A model generated the notes under the pieces. That model worked only from the letters and a program-made list of their open reading frames with translations. It made no database searches and was not told the DNA's origin. The translations under genes and the position numbers were made by a program. DNA of 64,000 bases, taken from Squalus acanthias. Lineage: Eukaryota. The stretch spans positions 67,830,001 through 67,894,000 of the forward strand of contig CM059432.1 in the NCBI GenBank assembly GCA_030390025.1, in the 5' to 3' direction. Below, piece by piece: positions 1 to 12,499 of the stretch (position 1 is its first letter; every line of letters starts with the position of its first letter).

Positions 1-127
1 CACGATTTCATCAAAATTGCGTGGAGGCAGAATGGAGGCGGGATCGGGTCCGCCCACCACTTTTCGCAATTTTAAACCCCCCACATGCCTCCAAACCCGC
101 CTCCACGGGTCTATGAAAATCCAGCCC
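1..127. mobile_element. Right end of a Harbinger-type MITE, truncated by the window edge
   Basis: Ends in AAAATCCAGCCC. The terminal ~120 bp closely match the right ends of the elements at 13653-14441 and 30412-31642. Confidence 0.75.
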
Positions 128-2159
128 ATTTTGTGTGACTGAAGTTGGGATGGATTTTCAGGGCAACATTTTGGGATCCTTGTATTGATTTTCTCTATAA
201 TTCCCTGAAGCCTCAATGCAAGTGCTTCCCAATATGCAAAATTAATGTTCTTTACATATCTGAAAATTTTCCTCCAAACAGAAGTGTACTAGTTCTTATT
301 TCTATTAATGTGCCTTTAAACGGGTATTCATAAACTTCCTCCATAATAATTCTCGTGAGAAATGGAACTCAAAGTTTTACCTTCAGTCATGTAATTTTTC
401 TCACCAAAATGCTAAACAGAACTGAGATTGGTTCAAATGGAAACTTTCTCACCATCTATTTTACATGGGATCATTTTTCTCCATTATTATGCCTTGTACA
501 TGATAACTTGAGTATCATTCAACTATGAGAAAATTCTGTTGCATTTGGCAAAAAAAGCCTAAAAAGTATTTTTCAGGTTACTCTAAAATATTGATGACCT
601 CTTTTCCCATAATCTATATTATAAAATATATAGAGAATATACTCCTGTGGATTATCTACTTTAAAATACGATGCAATTGGAAATCTTTTGCAGGTATTTT
701 TGTAGTTAGTAATCAGCCACATGGCATTCTCATGTGCATTTCCTTGGAGCCGCCTACTGTATGCTATTGAAAGCTAAATATCTCACTACACATAACCTGA
801 AACACTGATGTGTTTTATTCTTACTCTAAATATTTCAGATATTTACAATTCGTTCTATCTGTAGCTTTCTGAGTTTAGTACAAAAAATGGCTATCGTGAT
901 CATATATTAAATATGCATATATTATTTACAAATATTGTATTATAAGTGAACTTTAATTGCATCAGTACAACAATGTAATCCTTTGTTTTCAAAACAAAAT
1001 ATAATAATTTTTCTATGATGTGTTTCCTTAAAGTCATTTTACGTAAATTTAATTACTTGAGTTAATGAATTATTGTAAGATGTAGTTTGCAATTTCATTT
1101 TTTGCCTCAGTAATATCTTAGTACTGTGCATCAATGTGCAAAATGGAACAATTTTGAGAATTAAAAAATATTTTAAAACCTTTAGTGAAGTCGTTTCTCT
1201 GCTATTTTTAAGATCAGTGTAGAACATTTTTTACATATTCAACAATAAAAAAAGCTGCAGACCTTTTGAGACTATATACTGCATAGAACTAGCAATCCTG
1301 GTAATAGCAATAGCAGTAATATTAGATTGATAAATCTTTTCTTCTTAACTATAAAGTACTATCTCGTGTCACATCTTTTGGCAGAAGAAACAAGCTTCTA
1401 AATAGATTCCAGAGAATAATTAAGAACATTTTATTATTTTAAAACTAATCCATTCATAAAAATGATCACCCAAAATGCCTAAGTTTCATCTGGTGCCTTG
1501 GACTTTGCTTTTAGTCACTTTACATTAAATACTCAAATAGTAAAGAGGACACATATAAGGCCTGAGTAGGCTTATTTTTGTTGTTGAAAAATGGGCCTTT
1601 CCATGGAAAGTAATGAAGCACCAGTAAAATCACAGGAAAGAATGTTCTTGAAATGTGTGGTTCCATCAAAGGCTATTTTGTTAGCAGGAATGAAAAAAAA
1701 CCCACCAATCGTGGCACACCTGCCACAATGATCCTTTCCTGCTTCTCTAGCATCTAACGAGGCAGCATCTAATTAACCTATAAACAAGTCAGAGACATTT
1801 GTTAATCAGCTGTGGAGTGTGCATTAACAGTAGGAAATGGTTCGTATTTTACCAACCTGTCCCTGATAGCCACAGTGAAACCTGTTGTGGTCTATCACAA
1901 GGATATTTTCTGGAAGAAAAAGGCAGCCCCATATATGTAAACAAGCAGGCAAGTGTAGGAGCATGTGGCAGGAAGAGTAACCTCTGTGTCAAACACAAGA
2001 AGGAGCTTGGCAGAAATGAGAAGAAAGTTTCAAAACTAAAGTGGAGCACAAAGGTACAAACATACGAACAATGACAGACATGAAAAGACCCTCTGGTCCA
2101 TCCAGCCTGCCCCACACAATTGTGATGCCTTGTGCATCACAATATATACACTTCCCAAA

Positions 2160-2260
2160 TAAAAACAGAAAATGCTGGAAATACTCAGCAGGTCAGGCAG
2201 CATCTGTGGAGAGAGAAACTGAGTTAACGTTTCAGGTCGATGACCCTTCGTCAGAACAGC
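2160..2260 (-). mobile_element. Penelope-like element terminal fragment
   Basis: Nearly the same sequence as 12505-12600, which flanks a GIY-YIG ORF. Confidence 0.7.
2223..2257 (-). ncRNA. Minimal type I hammerhead ribozyme (Penelope type)
   Basis: Minus strand reads gtt-CTGACGA-agggtc atc gacct-GAAA-cgtt-aac: CUGANGA and GAAA core, stem II, short stem I. Confidence 0.75.
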
Positions 2261-3407
2261 AAAAACTCTACTGACAGAAGAATATTAAAAATAATTCAGC
2301 AAGTTCCTCAGCTGCCTTGGCGAGCAGGTGCTGCAAGTTGTGCACCTCGTTTGCCCTCTGCTCTTCTGGAGTTTAGTCCCCTTTCTCCTTTGTGATGTAA
2401 TTGCTAATGGTAACTACACACAGGTTCGCTGACAACAGAAAAATTATGTGTTCTATTTACTTGACTCACTGCTGTGGTTATATTTGGAAATGATCGATTT
2501 GTTATGTTTACTAATCTTAGGTCTGATTGGGAATAAGGTACTCAGCTTTCATTTGGACTCCGTTGATTAAAGTTGCACAGTTCTTAATAAATGACCATAA
2601 TTAGGCCGTAATGAGCAAAAATGGGCTTTTTTCTTATTCACTGTTAATGTTCAGTAATACGCTTTTGGAGGGGTAGGAGTCCTCATAGCAGCGATGCTCT
2701 TTGCATATTTAAATTGATCCAACATTGATTTCAGGCAGATGCAAGAGACACCTAAAATATGGCATCGGCCATGCCACCAACGCAAATCGGGTGCACAACC
2801 TCTCTTCCAGAAATTGGTATACGTTGCACCTGTTTTATGCCCAATTCTACCCCGTAGTCTGTTAGTGCTTTTTGTGTATGATTTTTTTGCTCCCGTTATT
2901 TTTTCCTAACATCAATGAAGACAGGAATGTCTGCCCCATAAACCAAACATTCCTGCCCCCTAAAGTAGCTTCAGACCCAGAATACATTTAGTTGAGCAGT
3001 GGCTAGAGTTTTATTCTTCTGCTGGTTGCAACCTAACAATGCTTGAAGCTGACAATGGGAAAGTGTTCCATTTTCCAGAACACCAACATTCACAAAACAT
3101 AAAAATAATGACACAAAGATACATAATTCAAATTCATATATTCATAATCTTCATATTCCTATTGATACAGATGATTTTTATACATCAGGGTAGAATTTCC
3201 TGCAAAGGCTGTGTGTAGTGACCTACGCCGTAAATTTTGCCGTTTTGCACACTGATCATGCCATTGCTAACTTACTCCAAAATGTCCTGGTTTTCTAATT
3301 AGAATGCACCGCAGCGCGCATGGCGCCAAATCAGAAGCAGTGCAATCAATGGCCAATGTATTGATCCCATAACGCTAACGGTGTGATTTCATTGTAACGG
3401 TGATATT

Positions 3408-4008
3408 GGCCTAGAAATTCACATGGCCGGCTTGCCGCGGGGGTAAGGATCGCGCGCGCTCTTACCCACCACGCCTGCCGTTGTGTTTTGGGCCCACAGG
3501 AACTTCGGGTCCTGGGCCTCTCCCAAGAGCCGGCGCGCAGTGCTTGCGTGTTCCAGGGGCGCAGTTAGTGCAATGCGACCCCTGGGATCACGTGGGCCAT
3601 GGAGAGCCAATGGCAGCAGACCATCTTTCATTCATAGATTTGACAGGAGACCTGTCAAATCTGTGAATTGAAATCGGCCCCAAAAAAACAGCTAAACATA
3701 AAATAAATTTTTAAAAACCATCACATTTATAAAATAACTATAGTTAAATAAATTAACCACTTTTTAAATTTTTGAAAAAATTAAAATTCTTTTTAAAAGT
3801 TATAAAAATAAACTTACCTTTCTTTAAAGTATCTAAAAAAGATAAACCTGTTGAAAAAAATTTAAAATTATACTTAATTAACCACTTACCTTGTTCAAAA
3901 GGGGTCTTACGCCTCCTTTTTATTGGCGTAGAATCTTCAATACTTCGGAAAGCAATACGGGTGAGTACTCAGTGCGTACTCACCCGGGAACGGACGAATT
4001 TTTGGGCC
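3408..4008. mobile_element. Harbinger/Tourist-like MITE
   Basis: TIRs GGCCTAGAAATTC / GAATTTTTGGGCC and 3-bp TSD ATT. A related inverted copy lies at 24356-25117. Confidence 0.8.
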
Positions 4009-5459
4009 ATTACTGCTGTACTCACTAGAAATGCTACAATAAAAAGAAGTCCTTTCACCAATACTATTATATACATACAACCTTTGCTGAGCCCCAGTAC
4101 AAACGCCATCAATCTGTAAAGCATTCAAATGCATAACTTATAATAATTGGGGTGTGTCAGTTTCACAATATAAAATAAGCATGTGAAAATGTAAAAATAT
4201 ATCAATTCTATTTAGATCTGTACGAAAACACAGATTTATATATAAAATTTACCATGATGTAGATATTGAAGGAATGACCCTTGATTATGGCTGGCACTGT
4301 TTCAATGTAGCATTAGAACATACATATACAAAGTTGTCTTTTGTCCCAAAAGCTTGTTAGAAGCATATGTCACTTCAGAGATATGTCACTTGTGCTCTGA
4401 AGCCTCAATAACAGGCTTTTCACTTCATGAAATAGATAATAAAGCATCTTACCTCTTATTTTCTGAACTGACAGCATTGACAAGCTGTATATTAAGTCAA
4501 TGTCATCATCATTAATTAATTTACGTTCCCATTTGCCCCTAACAGCAACTAGTTGTCATGTGTTTTTATTGAGTCTCAGCGTATTGTATTGATGCTTAAG
4601 TCAGTCTATGGTATAGAATAGCAACAATATTGTGGATAGGAATAAGAGAGGGTAGATAAAGAAATAACTATAATGTATGTGTGTATTAAAAAATAGATAA
4701 AATGTGACAAGGCCAACAATGCGTTTAATTTGATTTACCATATTTGCAGACACAACGGTGTCCCCTGCAACCCCCTCCCACACAAAAGCATCCAAAACTT
4801 GCCTGTACAGTATTTTCCTGTGACCTGGCATACATTTATCAATATATTCTTGTTTACCAGCACTGTGGTCTCTTAGATGATTTCTCTCTCATATCAGCTC
4901 ATACATATGTAAGACATGGTTTGTACTTGGTACAGTAATGTTCTTTTAACACTAATTGATTACAGAAATTAATTTGTTCTAACTACTTGATCAGATGGAA
5001 ATCCTGTCCCCATGCCCAAGAATTAGCACTTCTCTCTATAATATCTTTGCTAATTATCTGATAGCATGAGCAGCGAGAATTCTGCCTCTGTATGAATGAC
5101 AATAGTAGTGCTGGCCAAAACAGCATACGCAAGATACTTCACAGTGAGCTACAGGTCCATTTAGAGTGGTGTATGTGTAAATTGAACTGATGATGGATCC
5201 TTTAAACCCATAAATCACGTGGCTGCCAGGTCACCATTGCCAGTCTAAATGGCAGTGGAAAGAAAACAGGCGTTGATTAAGGAAATTTGCAATCACCGTT
5301 CATTTTAATGGAAGGCGGAACTGCGATAATTAACTTTTCAATGTTCCGCGAGATTGACGGCAGAGTGGCACAAAAGTTCCAGGAAATTATGGCGTGGCAT
5401 ATGTACTCCATCATTTTCATTTTCTTTTGTGCCGAAAAACATGTTCTACAACATAGATG

Positions 5460-5925
5460 TGCTCTGGAAATTCTCCCCCATCTGAAACTGTGCAGGAAGG
5501 AATGCATGGCCCGTATTTTCTGATGCCTACGGGTGTGTACGAGCTGTGTACACACCCGTAGGGACCTCGCAAGTGCCGGTTTCAGGCATGCGAAATGCAT
5601 GCGCTGAAAACCGGCATTTCCGATCTGTCAAGAATCCTCTTGACAGATCGCACACCTGCCCTGGAGAAGGGCCTCTGCGGGTGGAGAGTTCCGCTTTCTG
5701 CAGAACCTCCGCCCGCTGAAAACCTTTAAAAATCTTATGCCTGGTAAAAGCAGGTAATAGCGAACTGCATGCACCCCTGGGATACGTGGGCCCTGCTCAT
5801 TTCGTAGTGGAGAGGCCCAGGAGCGGAAATGTCCGGACCTCCGGAGCCCTCAGGTAAGGGCGTAGATTTTTTTCCAGATCGGAGGCCTCAGCACGCAGGA
5901 AGCCTCCGATTGGAAAATACGGGCC
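5460..5925. mobile_element. Probable Harbinger-type MITE
   Basis: GC/CpG-rich island in AT-rich DNA with degenerate TIR-like ends (GCTCTGGAAATTC ... GAAAATACGGGCC). Confidence 0.5.
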
Positions 5926-6357
5926 ATATATTTCCATGCGTAAATTTATATATCTACAGTACATGACATAGAGGTAACTGCAGCAATTAAGATGCAGATA
6001 AACTGGCAACTTATTATTACCATGTTTTGCAATATGCTATATATGAATTCAAAGCATACAAAAATAATGTTCATTCTCTACTTTTGATTTGTATTCCATA
6101 AACTTTTGTAAACAAATTCTAGTACAATTCTTTAAGCAACATTTTTTTTAAAGCTTCCTCAGATAATCCAAAGCCTAAAGTTTTATTTTCATAAATTAGA
6201 CTGTCATATTTATATATACGATTCATTTATATCCCAAACCATGGCTGATTTATTGTCTTGTCAGTGGATGATAATGAGAAGGAAGTGGTACAAGATGAGT
6301 TGGAGTGAGAAAAAAAACTGTCACTGTAAAATGCCATTTGTTCCAATGAAACATATT

Positions 6358-7102
6358 GGTCTGGAATTTGGGGTCAGCGGTGAAGCAAAGGCGTTCGCCG
6401 TTGGCCCCGAAGAAAGCTGCCCACAAAGATTTGCGATCTCTGTGGCAAGAAATTTGCCTTTTTCGACGCATAATGATTTCAGTGTAATATAATGGCGAAC
6501 CCGAGAGCGCTCTGCTGTGATGGCAACAAGCTGTCTAAGCAGCCAATCACAATGCAGAATTCCCACAGTTGCTTTTATCCCCACTTTTTAAAAATGTTAT
6601 AGAGAGCAAAACCAAGATTGGGGTTCTCACATGGGGATAGGGTAAACCTGAAATAAATATGAACGTTAAAAAAATATAAAATATAATTTTTTTTAAGTTT
6701 CTTAAAAATTGTAACTTTTATCATAATGGAGAAATTTGACAATCCACAAAATGAAAATTAGTTTTTCAGGGCCATAACATTTATTTAGCAGTCAAAACGC
6801 TGTTAAAACCCCAGTTACACCTAATCCAACAAGGCCTAACATTTAATAGGGTATTTAACAGCGATATTACCACGGAAAAGTGTTCGTCAGTTTCACTGAT
6901 TTCACTTATTACACTGATTGCCAGCTATGGGGGTGGGGGCACAGTATGGCCAGTGTCTGAGCAGTGAATGACTGACCGCAGCTTCAGAAATTCTGCATTT
7001 AGATGTGTATGCGGTACATCCTGAAGTTGCAGTCAGTTTCAAAGGGGTAGTAACGATGAACACTGTTAGTTCACCATTATTACCCACCGCAAATTCCGGG
7101 CC
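6358..7102. mobile_element. Harbinger-type MITE
   Basis: TIRs GGTCTGGAATTTG / CAAATTCCGGGCC, flanks ATT/ATA. Confidence 0.7.
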
Positions 7103-7829
7103 ATACATCCAACGTTTGAAAGAACCTGGTGGCTGACATTAAACATGCCCTTACTTTGACTTCAAAAATATAAAGAGACACATACGTTACAGGAATCATT
7201 GCACTCCATGTTCCCACCCCAAATGTGAACAAAATGCCATTCTCTTTGGTTACTCGTAACTTAAAGATAATATGTAAAGATTTCTTACTGAGGACCAAAA
7301 TGCAGGTCATAATCTTTGCTGTCTGAGCCACAGATTTGACTTTTTCCATTTGTGGCAATAACATCAGGGTGCCACTAGCTTTAGCTCTGCTGCTGACAGG
7401 GTAGCATCACTTCTTTAATGAATAGAAAATGTTGGTATATTGTTTAGGTCAGTTAAGTCCCAATTTTGAGATACATGCAAAAATGGGGTTGTGCTGATCC
7501 ATTGTGCAGGCATGCATCATCAGTAGCTCAGAGGCCAGGCCGGGCAAACATTTGTGCGCTAAAAATTGGATTGGACACAAAAACGGGCGCGGGGATCGCG
7601 ATGCGCAATCGGCCATCATCCGTTGAAAGGAATGCAGGCAGCATGCGACGTTCGTGCAGCCTGCTAATTACAATGATTGCAGTGTTCAGCCCAGCACTGA
7701 GTGGCTGAACGCTCAGCAGGGGGCCCAAGTTTGTGCGAGGCTAGCTCCAACTAAAGCTAGCCTCCAGCTCTTAAAGGCAGTCTGCACCTCTTAAAGGGGA
7801 GGTGCATTCTGCCTGCAGCAGCTCAAGGA

Positions 7830-9168
7830 AGTGATATCACTGCACTTAGAAAATCATAACATGATTAGGCAGAGTCAACATGGTTTTATGAAAGGAAAAT
7901 CATGTTTGACAAATTTATTAGAGATTTTTGAGGATGTAACTAGCAGGGTAGATAAAGTGGAACCAGTGGATGTAGTATATTTGGATTTCCAAAAAGCATT
8001 CAATAAGGTGCCACATAAAAGGTTATTACACAAGATTAGGGCTCATGGGGTTGGGAGTAATATAATAGCATGGATAGAGGATTAGTTAACGGACAGAAAA
8101 CAGAGAGTAGGGATAAACAAATCTTTTTCAGGTTGGCAGGCTGTAACTAGTGGGATGCCGCAAGGATCAGTGTTGGGGCCTCAGCTATTTACAATCTATA
8201 TTAATGACCTAGATGAAGAGACCGAGTGTAATGTATCCAAGTTTGCTGATGATACAAAGCTAGGTGGGACAGTAAGCTGTGAGGAGAACACAAAGAATCT
8301 GCAAAGGGACATAGATAGACTAAGTGAATGGGCAGTAAGATGGCAGATGGAGTATAATGTAAGGAAATGTGAGGTTATTGACTTTGGTAGGAAGAATAGA
8401 AAAACAGAATATTTTTTAAATGGTGAGAAACTTTCAAATGTTGGTGTTCAGAGAGATTTGGGTGTCCTCGTGCAAGAAACACAGAAAGCTAGCATGCAGG
8501 TACAGCAAGCAATAAGGAAGGCAAATGGCATGTTGGCCTTTATTGCAAGGGGGTTGGAGTATAAGACTAAGGAAGTCTTGCTACAATTGTACAGGACATT
8601 GGTGAGACCACACCTGGAGTACTGTGCACAGTTTTGGTCTCCTTATCTAAGGAAGGATATACTTGCCTTGGAGGCGGTGCAACAAAGGTTCACTAGATTG
8701 ATTCCTGGGATGAGAGGGCTGTCCTATGATGAGAGATTGTGTAGAATGGGCCTATACTCTCTGGAGTTTAGAAGAATGAGAGGTGATATTGAAACATACA
8801 ACATTTTGAAGGGGATTGACAGGGTAGATGCTGAGAGGTTATTTCCCCTGGCTGGAGTGTCTAGAACTAGGGGGCATAGTCTCAGGATAAGGGTAGGCCA
8901 TTTAAGACCAAGATGAGGAGGAATTTCTTCACTCAGAGGGTTGTTAATCTTTGGAATTCTCTGCCCCAGAGGGCTGTGAATGCTGAGTCTTTGAGTATAT
9001 TCAAGGCTGAGATAGATAGATTTTTGAACTCTAGGGGAATCAAGGGATATGGAGATCGAGCGGGAAAGTGGAGTTGATGTCGATGATCAGCCATGATCTT
9101 ATTAAATGGCGGAGCAGGCTCGAGGGGCCATATGGCCTACTCCTGGTCTTATTTCTTATGTACTTATG
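7830..9168 (+). mobile_element. CR1-type LINE, 5'-truncated (RT C-terminal half and 3' tail)
   Basis: YLDFQKAF, PQGSVLGP and KFADDTK motifs; tail ends TTCTTATGTACTTATG. Confidence 0.95.
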
Positions 9169-9212
9169 CAACTGGTTGTGAAGACAAGCGTCAGAAAGAG
9201 GAAGAGTAAATA

Positions 9213-12200
9213 ATGGCTCAACAGACCAGAGAAAGGGCTCCAAGATTCTCGGACGCAGCACTAGAGGCCTTAGTGCAGGGGATGGAGAGGAGGAGACAGG
9301 CTCTCTATCTGCAAGGGGCCAGGAGGCCGTCCTGGCACAAAATGTGAAGGCAATGGGAGTAGATAGCCGACGCAGTCAATGCCCCAAGGACATGGATGCA
9401 GTGCCGAAAGAAGTTCAATGACCTCACACGAGTGGTCAAGGTCAGTGAATGCATCTTCAAATGCCATCTCTCAGCAACTGCACCGCTAGCCTCACACTCT
9501 GCTCAATGCACCATACCCGCATCACTCACCTGCCAACAATCTATATCAATCATGTCTCAAACCTTACATTCATGGCTTCACCTCTCCCTCACACAGTTAC
9601 AACTGCAGCAAGCCTCACACCCACAGCTCACACCTTGCACACACTGCCAGCTATTCAACCATGACAGGCACATCACCCAAACACATTGCACAACACTCAC
9701 TGAAAAACTTCACTCTCCCTTGCAGGTCAAGGTGTCTAATAACTGCAGGCAGCAGCAGCTAACCGGCAGGGGATGGGCAAGCCTGCATATCCTTACCCAG
9801 CTGGAGGAGATGGTGCTCGACATTATTGGAGGGGGTGTCACTGAGGCTGTGACGAGCGGCGAGGCTGAAACCATTGAAGATGACAGTATGCTCATACCTA
9901 ATCTTCCTTCTCACATTCCATTTCCCCCTCATCTCACAATCTCTTCTCACTTACAAGCTGCTGATAGTATAAGCATGCACATTTTGCTTTCTCCCCTCCC
10001 CTCACCACAACCCTACCCTTGTGCCTTTCTCCTTTCAGATAGCCAAGAACTCCAACCTGGCTAGCCAGTGCAGGAAGAGCAACAGAAGAGTAATGGCGAA
10101 AAAGGGATAACGTCATTCAATCTCACACTCGCAGGCATTAGCTCAGATACTGACACTGCGTATACTTTAGAGGGTAGTATAGAGGCGGGATCTGCACGTA
10201 GAGAGTCACCGGGCACAAGTGGCCTGCAACCAGGGCAGGGAGAAAGAGTAGCCAGCTCCCCGGAGGGTGAGGTCACACATGAGTTCTGCTGCAGAGGACT
10301 CAGGTGAGGACTTTGATGGGGTAGCCTACAGAATATGGGTGATGGGCATGCACAAATAAATGCTTGGTGCATTGGCAGGCCTGCCAGAGAGCCTGTTGTC
10401 ACTGTCAAGGAGCATGGAGGATTTTGCACAGGGCTTTGCGCAGAGCTTGTGTGAAGGAATAAGCCATAAAACCTATTCAGAAAAATGCACCATTCTATGA
10501 AAGAATTATGGCCTTATTAAAACATGACAAACTGGGTTTGGAAATCTGGAAGCCTCAACAATCTAAAGCTGTGATAGCATTCTGGTTATAGAGATAAGAT
10601 AGTTGTTGACACTGAATCAATAACCTTATTGAAACAGAAGGTTAAACGCTCCTGATAGTCTGAATCTTTAGGAACAAACTATGGTTCACCCTGGTTAAGG
10701 TGTTCTAATTTACACTTCGTAAAGAGGCACAAACAGAAGGCCTTAGTAAAAATGACATTAAATAAAATGCACCTGCTGTTACACTGTTTTTTATGGTAAG
10801 CTCGGAACTCCTAGAGGAGAGACGCGATTCTTAATTACTACCAGCTGAGGTGACTAAGAATTGCATAGATCACCCTGGTTAAGGTGTTCTAATTTACACT
10901 TCGTAAAGAGGCACAAACAGAAGGCCTTAGTAAAAATGACATCAAATGAAATGCACCTGCTGTTACACCATTTTTTATGGTAAACTTGCTACCAGCTGAG
11001 GTGACAAAGAATTGCAGGGGTCAGCAGAAAAATGACTGGAGATAATTAGCTTACATCAGCAGAAAACCTTAAAGGAAATACCACTGAAAAAGGGTATAAA
11101 TATTGAACTCTCAAATGGGATAGTAGATTCGCTGTAAAGGGGCAAAGCGATTCTCAGGCTTCAGAGGCGGCTCTGTAAGTCTACAACTCTTTGTACCTCG
11201 GGGATCAAAGGTACTGTATTTGATTTTGGTGGATATCCTGAATAAACTTTAAGAACTGTAAAACTGTAGCGAAGTTAAGATTTGAGAGTAAGGATCTCTG
11301 ATAATAAGATTGTAAAGCTTTCTCTTTTTGGAACTGTTAATGTTGCGATTGACTCACCAATGGTAAATTACATGTCGGTTCTTTAATAAATCTATATATT
11401 TTTAGAATTGTCTCACATAATACTTCTGTATCAAACTCGCAAACTCAATCTCTGTACACTCTTTGGTGAGGAGTTGCAGAATTCTGGCGGAGTTTTCCGG
11501 ACCCTCATAATATCCGGAACATTACAGTCTAGCTAAACTTATTAAAAGTGCTATCTGGAGGACGGTAACATCTTCTGGTTGTTCCTTTCCTTTAGGGAGA
11601 GATAGTCTGGACCTTTAGAACCAATTAAGCGTCTTTAGGATTCGGCTACCTCAAACTTTAGTTGAAAGTGAACGTCTGAGGAATACGCCTGATCTGGGGT
11701 AGCCCTAAAGGGGCTAGGACTAGTAATTATCCCTTCACTTGGAGCCCATGATTTCCAGGATGGAAGTGATGGGCAACTCCATTAGCGCACTTGTGGACCC
11801 AATCATGATGCATGGTCTGATGGGCGATGTCTCAGCTTCCACAGCAGCACAAGCAGAAGCAACCCAATGTCTGGGTGCTGCAGTAGAAGCTCAGACTGCT
11901 GCCATCGTGGCTGGGTTTACCAGTGTTGAAAGGAGCTTGCAGGGTGTCACAGCAGTCCAGCAATCTGTCCTCCAATATATTATTAGGATTGCTGAGGCGC
12001 CGCCCCGGGGGAGTGGCAGTGGCTCCGTGGAGTATGAATCTGTAGTCCTCTCTCAGAATGACAGCAATCGTCCACTCTACCAATGCCCTAGCTGTTGCCT
12101 GTCAGCCAGCCAGCCCAGACTACTGCTGCTCATGCCGAGGTGGTGCAGTACGCTGCCGGGTCTTCTAGGCCCAGAACTGCTCGTGGTCATCCTGCAAGGC

Positions 12201-12340
12201 CATCTGCAATCTCCCTCACGGAAAGTCAGCAGCCTTCCACCAGCCATGCTGCAGCCTTTGGGGTAGCACTTCATAGGAGCACGAGGACAGGCAAATGAAC
12301 ATGGAAAGCTGGCACTAAGGGAAGGCACAAGGGTGATTAG
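9213..12340 (+). pseudogene. Harbinger Myb/SANT-like DNA-binding protein gene (spliced, disrupted, split by a solo LTR)
   Basis: MAQQTRERAPRFSDAALEALVQGMERRR...QCRKKFNDLTRVVK with internal stops and GT-AG introns. Homologous to 43386-45258. Confidence 0.75.
10450..11737 (+). mobile_element. Solo LTR (~1.29 kb)
   Basis: TG...CA ends (TGTGAAGG...CCTTCA) and 4-bp TSD CTTG. The empty site restores the host frame AQSLEPM. Contains an internal direct repeat, TATAAA near 11095 and AATAAA at 11241. Confidence 0.85.
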
Positions 12341-12499
12341 TTGACTTTGTTATGTAATATTGTATTGATTGATTTATAAATTTAGTTTGGAATGTTTTTC
12401 TGTGGTGTCTTTTATTTCGGTATTGTGGCCAAGAGGGCGCTGTGATGTTCCGTGACAGATGGATGGTAAGGTGGGGAAGTGTTGAGCAACAGGGATCTG

